DNA of 64,000 nucleotides from a bacterium (lineage in GTDB: Bacteria > Actinomycetota > Acidimicrobiia > Spongiisociales > UBA5794): the NCBI GenBank assembly GCA_024228555.1, contig JAAETI010000489.1, positions 8,332 to 72,331 of the forward strand, read 5' to 3'. Below, piece by piece: positions 1 to 10,226 of this stretch. A program made the position numbers and the translations under genes. The notes under the pieces were generated by a model. That model saw only the letters and a program-made list of their open reading frames with translations. It searched no databases and was not told the origin of the DNA. Position 1 is the first letter of the stretch. Each line of letters opens with the position of its first letter.

Positions 1-1020
1 ATAAACGATCCCGTAGTTCGAGCCGTAGCGGTAGGTGCCCCACTGCTGGTTGGTGAAGGTCGGGAACAAGGCGAGGAAGCCACCGTATCCAACGGCTACC
101 CCAACGACTCCGAGGTAGAACATCGACTGGTTGTCCGCCAAGAAGCTCAGCGACAGAAGAGCCAGAATGGTCACGACAAACACTGACTTCAGAACGTTCA
201 GGGTCCCCAGCTTGTCCGACAGGGATCCCGAGATCAGACGGCTGCTGGCATTGGATATCGCAAGAATGCTGATGATGGTCGCCGCTGCTTCATCTCCAAG
301 ACCGGCTACCTCCAAACCAATGTTCTTGGCTGCTCCGAGAACCAACAGACCCGGGATGACGGCCAGCCAGTACATGACCCAGGTCAAACGGAAAGTACGA
401 GTTCTAACCATCTCATGGGTGGTGAAGTCGTTGGCGCCCTTGGTTGCGGTTGCCTTCGAGTAGCCCGGTGGGTTGCTGGTGAGCTGTGCGCCGAAGATGA
501 TGATGACCCCGGTCACGAGCCCCAATTGGAGGAACGCTGTGGACACGTCGGAACCGTCGATCAGCCACCCGATGACGTCTTTGAAGATGATGCTGCCGCC
601 ACCGAATACGGCTACCGCCAATCCGGTGATCGTGCCCTTCCGGTTCGGGAACCACTTCACCAACGTGGCGATCGGGCAGACATAAACAAACCCGACGCCG
701 GCACCGACGATGACCCCGAAAGTCAAGTACAACATCAGTGGCGTGGTCGCATAGGAAGATAGGATCAACCCACCTCCGTACAACAGGCCACCGATGGTGA
801 TCGTCAGGCGTGGCCCCATGGTGTCGACCAACTTCCCCGAGAAGATGGTGCTGAAAGCGAATACGAACTGGGCGATGGAGTAGGCCAGCAGAACCTCGTC
901 GCTTGACCAGCCCTTTTCGTCCTCGAGAGCGGTGCCGAAGATGCTCCACGCATAGAGACCGGCGATTGTCACCTGGGCCAGTAGGGCGCCAACTAGAACC
1001 ACGTACTTATTCTGCTTCAT
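1..1020 (-). CDS. MFS transporter, OFA (oxalate/formate antiporter-like) family; partial, runs off the left edge
   Basis: Not in the ORF track because there is no stop in the window. Read manually from ATG at 1020: MKQNKYVVLVGALLAQVTIAGLYAWSIFGTALEDEKGWSS...FSGKLVDTMGPR (MFS motif A). Multiple hydrophobic helices, and ...GTYRYGSNYGIVY near position 1, typical of OFA-family C-halves. Confidence 0.85.
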   Translation of the reverse strand, partial: MKQNKYVVLVGALLAQVTIAGLYAWSIFGTALEDEKGWSSDEVLLAYSIAQFVFAFSTIFSGKLVDTMGPRLTITIGGLLYGGGLILSSYATTPLMLYLTFGVIVGAGVGFVYVCPIATLVKWFPNRKGTITGLAVAVFGGGSIIFKDVIGWLIDGSDVSTAFLQLGLVTGVIIIFGAQLTSNPPGYSKATATKGANDFTTHEMVRTRTFRLTWVMYWLAVIPGLLVLGAAKNIGLEVAGLGDEAAATIISILAISNASSRLISGSLSDKLGTLNVLKSVFVVTILALLSLSFLADNQSMFYLGVVGVAVGYGGFLALFPTFTNQQWGTYRYGSNYGIVY

Positions 1021-1088
1021 CCCTCAACCTCACCAGAAGCACGTGTTCGCCGCTCTTCTATTGTCATTGACCGCCGCTACAAAGACAG

Positions 1089-1102
1089 ATTGTGTGCACA
1101 AT
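1089..1102. promoter_or_regulatory. Inverted repeat ATTGTG-N2-CACAAT, candidate (GntR-like) operator upstream of the MFS gene
   Basis: 6-bp inverted repeat in an AT-rich stretch about 70 bp upstream of the MFS start; TTGT-N-ACAA-type cores are typical of GntR-family sites. No cognate regulator is in the window. Confidence 0.35.
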
Positions 1103-1298
1103 TTTTACTTTTTGTCAAAGTTGGATCGAATCAGACTGCGGCTGAGACCAACCAAACACGGACCTACGAGCCTGTGAGCGCTCGCCCAGTGATGCCCGTA
1201 ACTAGTCCTCCTGTACCTCCGTAGTTTGACCCCTTCTGGGTCACCTATTTGCCTTACCTGTCCACTCCTCAAGCCGACTGGATGGAGACCAACCAGAT

Positions 1299-2723
1299 GT
1301 GATGGTGATGGGTAAGTCCCTCAGCTCAGATCGCCTCAGAGGAAGGCGAATCAGCAAGCCTGCGCTCGGCGCCGCGATCAGTGCGGTCATCGCCGTCCTG
1401 ATTGCCGCGCTCCTCCACGCCAACGCTCTGGCCATCGGCTCCTTCCTCGACGACTCCAACGAGTTTGCCCAGTCCGAATCTGCTCTTGTATCAACCCAGC
1501 TCAGCCTGCGCACTCTGAGCCAAGCCGTCCTCCTCGCCGAGGACGTGAACCTGGGTGTTGCCGATCTCGACACCGCAGCGACCGCACGCACCGAAGCCAC
1601 CCGAGCCGTCGGCGATCTGGAAGCAAGACTCACAACGCTGGGTATCGACGTCCAATCATCGACCAGCGCAGTGCAACGGTCCCATCAAGTCGTTGCAGAA
1701 CTCGAAGCGGGCAACGTCGACGAGGCCGGTGAACTCCTCGCCACCGATGCGCTCACATCGTTCGAGCAACTGCGAGACACCGTCGTCGAAAGACGAGATG
1801 CGACACTCGATACGCTCAGTGGAGCCAAGAGCATGACACGGCGGGTCGGAACCATCGCAGGGTTCCTCGTCGCTTTGCTCGCCCCCGCTCTCGCTGTATA
1901 CGCATACTGGCGAATCGCCCGCCGCCAGCTTGATAGCGCTCGCAGCGAGATGGACACCAAGCTTCACGCCGAGCGCCGTGTCATCAAGGCCAAGGACGAG
2001 TTCATCTCGAACATCTCTCACGAGCTGCGCACTCCGCTCACCAGCATCTATGGGTTCTCCGAGATATTGATCGAGCAAGGCATGATCGATCCCGACGAGG
2101 CGCACACTCTCATCTCGGTCATCAACGAAGAATCTGCTGAGCTGAACCGCATGGTCGAGGATCTCCTGACCGTCGCCCGTGACGAGGCAGGCGAGATTGC
2201 GTACAACAACGTAGAGCTCAGCCTCGCCGAAGAGATCGAGACGGTCACCCGTCCGCTGCAGCGAGCGGGAGTATCCGTCAGTGTGGATTGCCCACCGCTC
2301 ATCGTCGATGCCGATCAGCTCCGGCTGCGGCAGATCATGCGCAACCTTCTCTCGAACGCACAACGCTGGGGCGGCGAAACCATCCACCTCTTTGCACAGC
2401 GGGTCGACTCCGCCGCAGTTGTCACGGTCGCCGACAACGGCCCTGGAGTCCCGGCCGACGTCGAACGTCGACTGTTCACCCGCTACATGCACGAAGGCAA
2501 CGAAGCCCTGACCACCGGGACCATCGGACTAGGCCTTGCCGTTGTCAAGATCCTCAGCGAGGGGATGGGTGGCGAAGTCAGCTACGAACACCTCGATGGC
2601 TGGACCCGTTTCGTGGTTCGGCTCCCATTGGCCGGCCCTGAGACGGTGTCCGAAAGCTCACGCCACGACGTACGAGACCGACACATGGCCGTAGCGCCGG
2701 GTGACGGCGCGGCGCTCCCATGA
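1299..2723 (+). CDS. Membrane sensor histidine kinase (2 TM helices, extracytoplasmic helical sensor, HisKA + HATPase_c)
   Basis: H-box ISNISHELRTPLTSIYG, N-box RQIMRNLLSNA, G1 DNGPGV, G2 GTIGLGL; two hydrophobic segments flank a ~140-aa helical region. Confidence 0.95.
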   Translation: MMVMGKSLSSDRLRGRRISKPALGAAISAVIAVLIAALLHANALAIGSFLDDSNEFAQSESALVSTQLSLRTLSQAVLLAEDVNLGVADLDTAATARTEATRAVGDLEARLTTLGIDVQSSTSAVQRSHQVVAELEAGNVDEAGELLATDALTSFEQLRDTVVERRDATLDTLSGAKSMTRRVGTIAGFLVALLAPALAVYAYWRIARRQLDSARSEMDTKLHAERRVIKAKDEFISNISHELRTPLTSIYGFSEILIEQGMIDPDEAHTLISVINEESAELNRMVEDLLTVARDEAGEIAYNNVELSLAEEIETVTRPLQRAGVSVSVDCPPLIVDADQLRLRQIMRNLLSNAQRWGGETIHLFAQRVDSAAVVTVADNGPGVPADVERRLFTRYMHEGNEALTTGTIGLGLAVVKILSEGMGGEVSYEHLDGWTRFVVRLPLAGPETVSESSRHDVRDRHMAVAPGDGAALP

Positions 2724-5700
2724 GATCCAGGTTCGATAGGCTCTTACGCAGTATCTCACGAGCCTCTCCTCGGATCGTCGAACGATGTCACCCCTCTACG
2801 AAGAGGAAGGCCCCGCGGATTGGGTTAGTCCTCCTCCTTGTCGTCGGCACAACGGCGGCGCCGATTCCAGCTGCACAGGCCGCTTCGCCAGCCTTTGTAG
2901 CAGCAACAACCGGCACCTCCGTGGGCGGTGAGGCCTGGATCACGATGGCGCGCCCGGCGGGACTGACGACTGATGATGTTTTGGTCGCCCAAGTCTTGTA
3001 CGAGAACAACCTTCCCAACACCGTCACTCCGCCGTCAGGTTGGATCGAGATTCGCACGGATGAGATGCCCGGCGACCAGATGCTGCAGATCCTGTTCTAC
3101 AAGGTGGCTACGGCAAGCGAACCAGCTGACTACACCTTCAACCTCTCCACAAGCCACCAGGCGGTGGGAGGTCTAGCCGCGTTCCGAGGCGTTGATACGG
3201 GCGATCCAATCAATGCGCACGGCGGACAAACAACGCCTGGTTCGAGCACTATCACCGCGCCGTCAATCGCAACATCGGTGGCAGAGACCACTCTGGTGGG
3301 CTTCTTTGGCATAAAACAGGAGGGCACCATCGACCCTCCGCCCGGCATGACGGAGCGGTGGGATGAGATGCTGACCGGCTCTCCGGCCAGCGACCAACGC
3401 AACGCTGCAGGCGCCACAGAGCAGTTTGGTGGGCCAGGTCCCACCGGGACCCGGGAAGCGTTTCGCACTGCCGGCGACGATAACATCGGCCAGCTGATCG
3501 CACTCGCACCGGCACCGGCTAGCGGCGCGCTGGGCGGGACATACTCCGACGACTTTCAGACGAAGGACTTCACCGGTAGCACTGGCGCGCTGCCTTGGAC
3601 CGGCCCTTGGGTGGAGTCCGGCGAGTCGGACGGGGCTGCCGCCGGCATTATCCGGGTTGTAGATGATCCAAATTGCTACGACGCCAGTTGCTTGGTTCTC
3701 GGAAAAACCATCGCCCCAGATGCTGCCGTCACCCGGGAGGCGAACCTCGCGCCATATGCTTCCGCCACTCTGCGATTCGACTACATAGCTCACAGGCACG
3801 GAAGTGGCGCAGGGACCGCATCCCTCGAGGTATCCGACGGAAGCGGTGGGTGGGCCCCATTGGACACATGGTCCCTAGGCACGGACCTGGGTGACCAAGT
3901 AGGTTTCTACGACCTCTCGCCATTCAGGGCAGCCGACACACGGATTCGGTTCACTGTGACCGGTAGCACCGACGACTCGCACCTCAATGTGGACAATCTT
4001 GTCATTGAGACCGTCGACTGGGCTCAACAGTCAAGCCCAACTTCAAGCGACCTGTTTGCCGTCCAGTTCCCGGTCGATGAATACACCGGGTTTGCCGCCG
4101 GAGACAACGGCGTGATCTTGAGGACCGTCGACGGTGGCGACACCTGGGTCGAACTGCTCACCCCCACTACCGACAGCATCCGTGACCTCAACTTCCCCGA
4201 GGACACGATCACGGGCTTCGCCGTCGGAGCGAACGACACCATCCTCAAGACCACCAACGGAGGCGCAACCTGGGTCGGCTTAACGACCCCGACCAGTGTG
4301 ACCCTCCTTGGGGTTGATCTCATGGACAACCTCTCCGGTTTTGCGGTCGGCAACAACGGCACCATCCTCAAGACCGCTGATGGAGGCGCAACCTGGGTTC
4401 AGAAGCCCAGCGGCAGTGCCGAAGCGTTGCGGGAGGTCGCCTTCCCGATCAATGACCAGACCGGCTATGCGGTGGGGGACAACGGCACCATCCTCAAGAC
4501 CGCTGACGGAGGGGACTCCTGGTCCCCCCAGACGTCCGGTACGAGCCAAACCATCAACGGGATCTACTTTCCTGTTGATACCGACAACGGATACGCAGTC
4601 GCCTCGGGTGGTGAAGTACTTAGCACCACCAACGGAGGGGCACTCTGGCAGATCCACACTCCCACCGGCAACGATCTCCACACAGTCCACTTTCCTCAGG
4701 ATGCTCAGTACGGGCACATCTCGACAGACGGTGGACGCGTCATTGCCACAGATTCCAGCGGATCGACTTGGAGCACCGAGCCCGTCCCCACCAGTGAAGA
4801 TCTGCTCGGTATCTGGTTCAGCAGCCTCACCCGCGGCTGGGTGGTCGGTCGCAACGGAGCCATCTTCGCCACCGGGGTCGCCGGTCCACCCCCTCCCGTC
4901 AATCAGCCGCCAGCCTTTGATCAGGACCTGGGTGATCGCAGCGACGCTGAGGGAACGCCGATTGCGATCAGCTCTGGAGCAACCGATCCAGATGCCAGCG
5001 ACAATCTCATCTACTCTGCTATCGGACTGCCAGATGGCATCGCCATCGATTCGGCTACGGGAACCCTCTCCGGAGTCTTGAGCGCGAACTCCGCCGGCAG
5101 CCATGCGGTCACAGTCAATGTCACCGATGACGGCAGCCCAAGCCTCCAGAACGCAGACGTCTTCACGTGGACTGTGATCCCGGCCGAAGTCACGTATCTC
5201 ATCGCAAACTCCGGTGGCGCAAACGGAGGCGACGACCTGCTCACCGCCGCCGACCGGACAGACGCAGACCCAGCCACCAACGAGACCAACATCGGGACGG
5301 GGACCGGAACAACCAACATCGAAGCTGCCTCGATCCAGCCTGGCACCAACGTTCTGTATGCGGTCGCCAACGATCAGCTCGGCACCATTGATGCCACCAC
5401 CGGCGTCTTCACTCCTAAGGCGTCAAGCGCTGGAGCCGGGAGCGGGTCGGCTGGGCTTGTCGTTTTCGACAACATCGAAAGCCTCACCTTCGACCCCTTC
5501 ACCGGAGATCTGTACGGCACCCACCGCCGTGGTGGTGACTACGAAGGTGACCTCCTGTTCCGCTTCGACCCGGTAACGGGAGCTCACTCGCCAGGAGTAT
5601 TTGGCGGGGACGATTACATACCCATCCAGCCAAGTGGCGTGTTCTACCACTCAGCCGACCTTGCGTTCGATCCGACCGATGGGCAGCTCTATATGGCCCA

Positions 5701-8700
5701 TTGGGCCTTCCTCAATCAGTGGTCGATCGCCACTCTCGATCCGGAGACAGGAGCAAGCGCCACCGTGGGGATTGCTCCCGACGACATTGTGAGCCTGGCC
5801 TTCGACGAGGCTGGCCGTCTCTACACCTCTACCGAAACGGGTGGTGCAGAGACACTGTACGAACTCGACAAAACTGACGGATCCGTGGTCAGCAGCATCG
5901 TCATCGACAACGGCTCCAACTACGAGGCCATGGCAATCGCCTTTCCTGCCAACCCGAATCGGCCGCCGGCATTCGACCAGGATCTGCTTGATCGAACGGA
6001 CCCTGAGAACACGGTGATCTCCTTGTTGGCAGCAGCCACCGACCCCGACGCCGCAGACAGTCTCACATACTCCGCAACCGGCTTGCCGCCAGGACTCGCG
6101 ATCGATCCCGGCAGTGGGCTCATCAGCGGAACGATCAGCTTTGTGGCCGAAGGGAGCTATGCGACGGAAGTCGCCGTCAGCGACGACGGCATCCCCAACC
6201 TCAACGTCACCGACACATTCACATGGACTGTTGGCAACCTCAACCAAGCGCCCACCTTTGACCAGGATCTTCAGGACCGCAGCGATGCCGAAGGCACAGT
6301 CATCTCGCTGTCAGCCTCTGCTGCGGACCACGATGTCGGCGACACCGTCACTTATGGGGCGACGGGACTGCCGACTGGCCTCGGTATCGACACCGCTTCG
6401 GGGCTGATCAGCGGGACGATCGATTACTCGGCGGCTGCAGCAAGCCCGTATGCGGTGACGATCACCGCTACCGACGACGGTGCGCCCAGCGCCAGCGCAA
6501 CTCCGGACACGTTTGCTTGGACCATTCCTGACACGAACCAACCACCGAGCATCGTCAACCCGGGGGCACAGACCACGCCCGAGCTGGCGCCGTTCACGCT
6601 TGGACTCTCCGCCTCAGACCCTGATGGCACCACGCCGTCATTCAACGCCGGCGGCACCCTCCCCACATGGGCAACGCTCATCGACAACGGCGACGGCACG
6701 GCAACTATCTCGGGCACTCCAGGTGCCGGGGCCTCGGGCACTTCGACCGTGACGATCACGGTCTCCGATGGGGGCGTACCGGATCTGACAGACAACGCAG
6801 TCTTCGACCTCACCGTAACCAACACCAATCTGCCGCCAACCATCGTCAACCCCGGCAGCCGGACCATCGGGGAAGGCTCCCCAATCAGCGTTTTGCTGGC
6901 CGGATCTGACCCCGACGGAACCACGGTGAGCTTCTCCGACTCCGGTTCGCTACCGGCGTGGGCAACTCTGACCGACAATGGGGACGACACCGCGATCATC
7001 ACCGGTACCCCCGGTCACAGCGATGCCGCCACCACCGCCGTCACCATCACAGTTACCGATGGCTCACTGACCGACGATGCTGTCTTTGACATCATCGTCA
7101 CCGATGTCAACCGGCCCCCCATCTTCGACGCCGATCTCCCCGATCGCGGAGACGCAGAAGGGGCGGTCATCTCGCTCCCGGCCGCAGCGACTGATCCCGA
7201 CCTCGACAACATCACATACAGCGCTACCGGCCTGCCCCCTGGAGTAGCGATGGACCCGGGCACCGGGCTTGTCGGCGGCACCGTGGCCACGATCGCCGAG
7301 GCCGGTTCGCCCTATGCCGTCACTCTCACCGCAACAGACTCCGGGACACCAAACCTCATCGCAACCGACACCTTCACGTGGGTCGTCACCAATACGAACC
7401 AGCCTCCGGTGCTCGCATCCATCGGTGATCAACTTGGGCCCGAGGAAACCGAGATCACGTTCACCGCGATGGCCACCGATCCAGACGGCGACGGCGTCGA
7501 GTTCTCGTTGGCGGGCGCCCCAGCCGGTGCGGTAATCGACACCGCTACCGGTGTATTCGCCTGGACACCGGCAGAGGTCGATGGCGTTGGCAGCCATACC
7601 GTCACCGTGATCGCCACGGATGACGGATCACCACAATTGACCGACAGCCAGGTGGTCACGATCACCGTGACCGAAGCCAACCGACCACCAACGATCGAAA
7701 CGATCGCCGACCAGACCAGCAACGAGGGCAGCTCAGTGAGCTTGGCGGTTGTCGCCTCGGACCCCGATCTGCCAACCAACCACCTCAGCTTCAGCGCCAG
7801 CGGACTTCCTCCGGGTCTGTCCATCAGTAGCGCCAACGGGCTCATCTCTGGAACCGTCAGCACGGACACGGTCGGCGTGTATGCCGTCACGATCGGCGTC
7901 ACCGACAACGCCGAGCCACCGTATCTGGCGACGACCACATTCGAGTGGACGATCACCGATACCAACAAGGCCCCCCGTCTCGGCCGGGTGAGCGATCAGT
8001 TTGGCGATGAGCAGACAACGATCTCGTTCACTGCGACCGCCACGGACGAAGATGGCGACAATCTGACCTATAGCCTCACCAGTGGCCCTGCGGGGGCCCG
8101 AATCGGTGCAAAGAGTGGTGTGTTCACTTGGACACCTGGCGAGCTCGACGGTCCTGGGACGTTCAGCGCCGTCGTGCTGGTGACCGACGACGGTACGCCC
8201 GCCCTCGGCGACAGCCAGGTCGTCAGCATCACTGTTGGCGAAGTGAATCTGCCACCGACCGTGGACCCGATTGCGGACCAGCAAGGTAACGCCGGGGACG
8301 AGGTTGAACTCGCCATCAGCGCCACTGACCCAGATCTGCCCGCAAACGAGTTCACCCTGTCGGCAACTGGGCTACCCCCTGGCCTGTTCCTGAACCCGGC
8401 CACGGGCGCAATCGGTGGCACGCTGCAAGCAAGCGAGGAAACGATATTCGCTGTGGAGCTGACAGTCACCGACCACGGCATCCCCCAGCTATCCGCCACG
8501 ACTTCGTTCAGGTGGACTGTCAGTCCCGGGGCAGACGAGCCGGACACGGCGGCTCCTCCGACCATCGGCGATATTGGAAACCAGTACACCGACGAGGGCA
8601 GCACCGTGAGCCTCGCGGTGCCTGCCACGAGCAGCGGGACCCTCACATACGCGGCAACCGGCTTGCCGCCGGGGCTCACCATCAATCCCAGCACCGGCTC

Positions 8701-9271
8701 GATCACCGGCTCCGTTGGCACCGATGCCATCGGAACCCACGGGGTGGTGGTGACGGTGACCGACGATGCAACCCCGGCGCAACTGGCTCACTCAGCTTTC
8801 ACCTGGACCGTCACCGACGTAGCTGCAGCTGACGACAAGGATGGCTTAGTTCAGGCGCTCGACGACTTTGCGGCTGAGATTGCTGAGACAACCGGGGTCG
8901 CCGCAGACCAAGAACCGGTCCGGCGCAGCCTCGTCGTTATGGGAAGTGCCGCGGCCGCTACGACAGAATCTCTGCGTTGGCCGTTCGCTCTGTTGGCGGC
9001 ATTGCTCGTTGGCTTTGCGACGGTGGGCCGGGTCGGGCTCTACCCGTTGCTTTGGCGCGGGGACCGCCAGACCGGCACCATCACCCTCTACGACCCTGAG
9101 CTTCTGTTTGGCCTGATTGAGCCCGATGAAGGAGGCGAAGCGGTGCACGTCCACGCCAACGCCTTCCCGCGGCGGATGCGCCCGCTCCTCCAAATTGGGA
9201 TGCGCGTCCGGTACCGTGTGTTAGCGAGCGACAACCGCTCGAGTGCGTGGGGAGCCACAGCCGATGAGTAG
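2720..9271 (+). CDS. Giant (2183 aa) membrane-anchored surface protein: signal peptide, beta-sandwich domains, YCF48/BNR-like propeller, second propeller, 11 Ig/cadherin-like (He_PIG-type) repeats, C-terminal TM helix and cold-shock-like domain
   Basis: Signal peptide ending AQA-A; repeated xILKTxDGGxTW units; 11 N(Q/R/L)PP...D...EG...ATDPD...YSATGLPPGL repeats; TM WPFALLAALLVGFATVGRVGLYPLLW; CSD-like tail TGTITLYDPELLFGLIEPDEGGEAVHVH. The start overlaps the kinase stop (ATGA). Confidence 0.9.
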   Translation: MRSRFDRLLRSISRASPRIVERCHPSTKRKAPRIGLVLLLVVGTTAAPIPAAQAASPAFVAATTGTSVGGEAWITMARPAGLTTDDVLVAQVLYENNLPNTVTPPSGWIEIRTDEMPGDQMLQILFYKVATASEPADYTFNLSTSHQAVGGLAAFRGVDTGDPINAHGGQTTPGSSTITAPSIATSVAETTLVGFFGIKQEGTIDPPPGMTERWDEMLTGSPASDQRNAAGATEQFGGPGPTGTREAFRTAGDDNIGQLIALAPAPASGALGGTYSDDFQTKDFTGSTGALPWTGPWVESGESDGAAAGIIRVVDDPNCYDASCLVLGKTIAPDAAVTREANLAPYASATLRFDYIAHRHGSGAGTASLEVSDGSGGWAPLDTWSLGTDLGDQVGFYDLSPFRAADTRIRFTVTGSTDDSHLNVDNLVIETVDWAQQSSPTSSDLFAVQFPVDEYTGFAAGDNGVILRTVDGGDTWVELLTPTTDSIRDLNFPEDTITGFAVGANDTILKTTNGGATWVGLTTPTSVTLLGVDLMDNLSGFAVGNNGTILKTADGGATWVQKPSGSAEALREVAFPINDQTGYAVGDNGTILKTADGGDSWSPQTSGTSQTINGIYFPVDTDNGYAVASGGEVLSTTNGGALWQIHTPTGNDLHTVHFPQDAQYGHISTDGGRVIATDSSGSTWSTEPVPTSEDLLGIWFSSLTRGWVVGRNGAIFATGVAGPPPPVNQPPAFDQDLGDRSDAEGTPIAISSGATDPDASDNLIYSAIGLPDGIAIDSATGTLSGVLSANSAGSHAVTVNVTDDGSPSLQNADVFTWTVIPAEVTYLIANSGGANGGDDLLTAADRTDADPATNETNIGTGTGTTNIEAASIQPGTNVLYAVANDQLGTIDATTGVFTPKASSAGAGSGSAGLVVFDNIESLTFDPFTGDLYGTHRRGGDYEGDLLFRFDPVTGAHSPGVFGGDDYIPIQPSGVFYHSADLAFDPTDGQLYMAHWAFLNQWSIATLDPETGASATVGIAPDDIVSLAFDEAGRLYTSTETGGAETLYELDKTDGSVVSSIVIDNGSNYEAMAIAFPANPNRPPAFDQDLLDRTDPENTVISLLAAATDPDAADSLTYSATGLPPGLAIDPGSGLISGTISFVAEGSYATEVAVSDDGIPNLNVTDTFTWTVGNLNQAPTFDQDLQDRSDAEGTVISLSASAADHDVGDTVTYGATGLPTGLGIDTASGLISGTIDYSAAAASPYAVTITATDDGAPSASATPDTFAWTIPDTNQPPSIVNPGAQTTPELAPFTLGLSASDPDGTTPSFNAGGTLPTWATLIDNGDGTATISGTPGAGASGTSTVTITVSDGGVPDLTDNAVFDLTVTNTNLPPTIVNPGSRTIGEGSPISVLLAGSDPDGTTVSFSDSGSLPAWATLTDNGDDTAIITGTPGHSDAATTAVTITVTDGSLTDDAVFDIIVTDVNRPPIFDADLPDRGDAEGAVISLPAAATDPDLDNITYSATGLPPGVAMDPGTGLVGGTVATIAEAGSPYAVTLTATDSGTPNLIATDTFTWVVTNTNQPPVLASIGDQLGPEETEITFTAMATDPDGDGVEFSLAGAPAGAVIDTATGVFAWTPAEVDGVGSHTVTVIATDDGSPQLTDSQVVTITVTEANRPPTIETIADQTSNEGSSVSLAVVASDPDLPTNHLSFSASGLPPGLSISSANGLISGTVSTDTVGVYAVTIGVTDNAEPPYLATTTFEWTITDTNKAPRLGRVSDQFGDEQTTISFTATATDEDGDNLTYSLTSGPAGARIGAKSGVFTWTPGELDGPGTFSAVVLVTDDGTPALGDSQVVSITVGEVNLPPTVDPIADQQGNAGDEVELAISATDPDLPANEFTLSATGLPPGLFLNPATGAIGGTLQASEETIFAVELTVTDHGIPQLSATTSFRWTVSPGADEPDTAAPPTIGDIGNQYTDEGSTVSLAVPATSSGTLTYAATGLPPGLTINPSTGSITGSVGTDAIGTHGVVVTVTDDATPAQLAHSAFTWTVTDVAAADDKDGLVQALDDFAAEIAETTGVAADQEPVRRSLVVMGSAAAATTESLRWPFALLAALLVGFATVGRVGLYPLLWRGDRQTGTITLYDPELLFGLIEPDEGGEAVHVHANAFPRRMRPLLQIGMRVRYRVLASDNRSSAWGATADE

Positions 9272-9656
9272 ACAACGAATCTTGATCATCGAAGATGATG
9301 CGGCAACGCGCCATCTATGCGGCCAGATCCTCAAGCCTCGCGGAGCGGAACTCGAATTCGCCGAAGACGGCGCTGAGGCATTAGAGATGCTGAAGCAATC
9401 TCGTCCCGATCTGATCCTGCTCGACATTGCACTACCGAAAGTCGACGGTTGGCAGATACTCGAGTCGGTTCGCGGCAACGCGGATACGGCCGACGTGCCG
9501 ATCATCGTGATCACGGCACACGGTCAGGGTTCAGTTGCGGAACGGGCGCTGCATGGTGGAGCCGACCGGTTCTTTGAGAAACCGTTCTGGCCTCCGGAAC
9601 TATCGGCGGCGGTAGACACACTGCTGGGCACGGTGCCCGCAGATTGTCAGACCTAG
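9264..9656 (+). CDS. Single-domain CheY-like response regulator
   Basis: MSRQRILIIEDD...DLILLDIALPKVDG...IIVITA...FEKPF; no output domain. The ATG at 9264 overlaps the end of the giant gene and has GGAG upstream. Confidence 0.93.
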   Translation: MSRQRILIIEDDAATRHLCGQILKPRGAELEFAEDGAEALEMLKQSRPDLILLDIALPKVDGWQILESVRGNADTADVPIIVITAHGQGSVAERALHGGADRFFEKPFWPPELSAAVDTLLGTVPADCQT

Positions 9657-10084
9657 GCCGGGTCGCCACCCTGGCGAGCCGCAAACCCGGCCACGAGAAA
9701 CTCGCAGGCATACCAAGTCAGCATGGCTGCCGCGATCGGCGCAATCAAAGCCGCAGCCGGGATGACGATTTCATCGCCAAGCTCGAAGACGGGAAGACTG
9801 GTACTGGCCACCGCCGCAGCTAGCCAAATCGCACCAACGATGCCCAGGATCCACGGATAGGAGGTGTCCTGAGCCCAACCCACCTCGGTGGGACGTCGAA
9901 ACATCGTGAGTCGCAGGACGCCGACGGTGGCAACAAGCCCCCAGAACCAGTCCATGATCTTGGCAACGTCGACCACCACCGGATCGCTGCCGAATTCGAG
10001 CCTGGGTGAGCCGAGGCTCATCACCAGGACCGCCACCCAGATCACCGCGATGGTGAGCCAGATCCAAATACTGTTCGTTTTCAT
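9653..10084 (-). CDS. Small membrane protein, ~4 TM helices, function unknown
   Basis: ATG at 10084 after AGAGGGG (the ORF-track start at 10144 is likely too long); four hydrophobic stretches. Confidence 0.75.
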   Translation of the reverse strand: MKTNSIWIWLTIAVIWVAVLVMSLGSPRLEFGSDPVVVDVAKIMDWFWGLVATVGVLRLTMFRRPTEVGWAQDTSYPWILGIVGAIWLAAAVASTSLPVFELGDEIVIPAAALIAPIAAAMLTWYACEFLVAGFAARQGGDPA

Positions 10085-10226
10085 TGCCCCTCTACCAGCT
10101 GGATCGTCACTCGCACTCCCGTGGCACCCCACGAATGTGCACACAATAGAGTCTTGCTCGATTTGCGCCTAGTTGTCCGCCACCGCGGGGCCTAATCCCC
10201 GCGTATTGTGAGAACTGGAGGGAACC

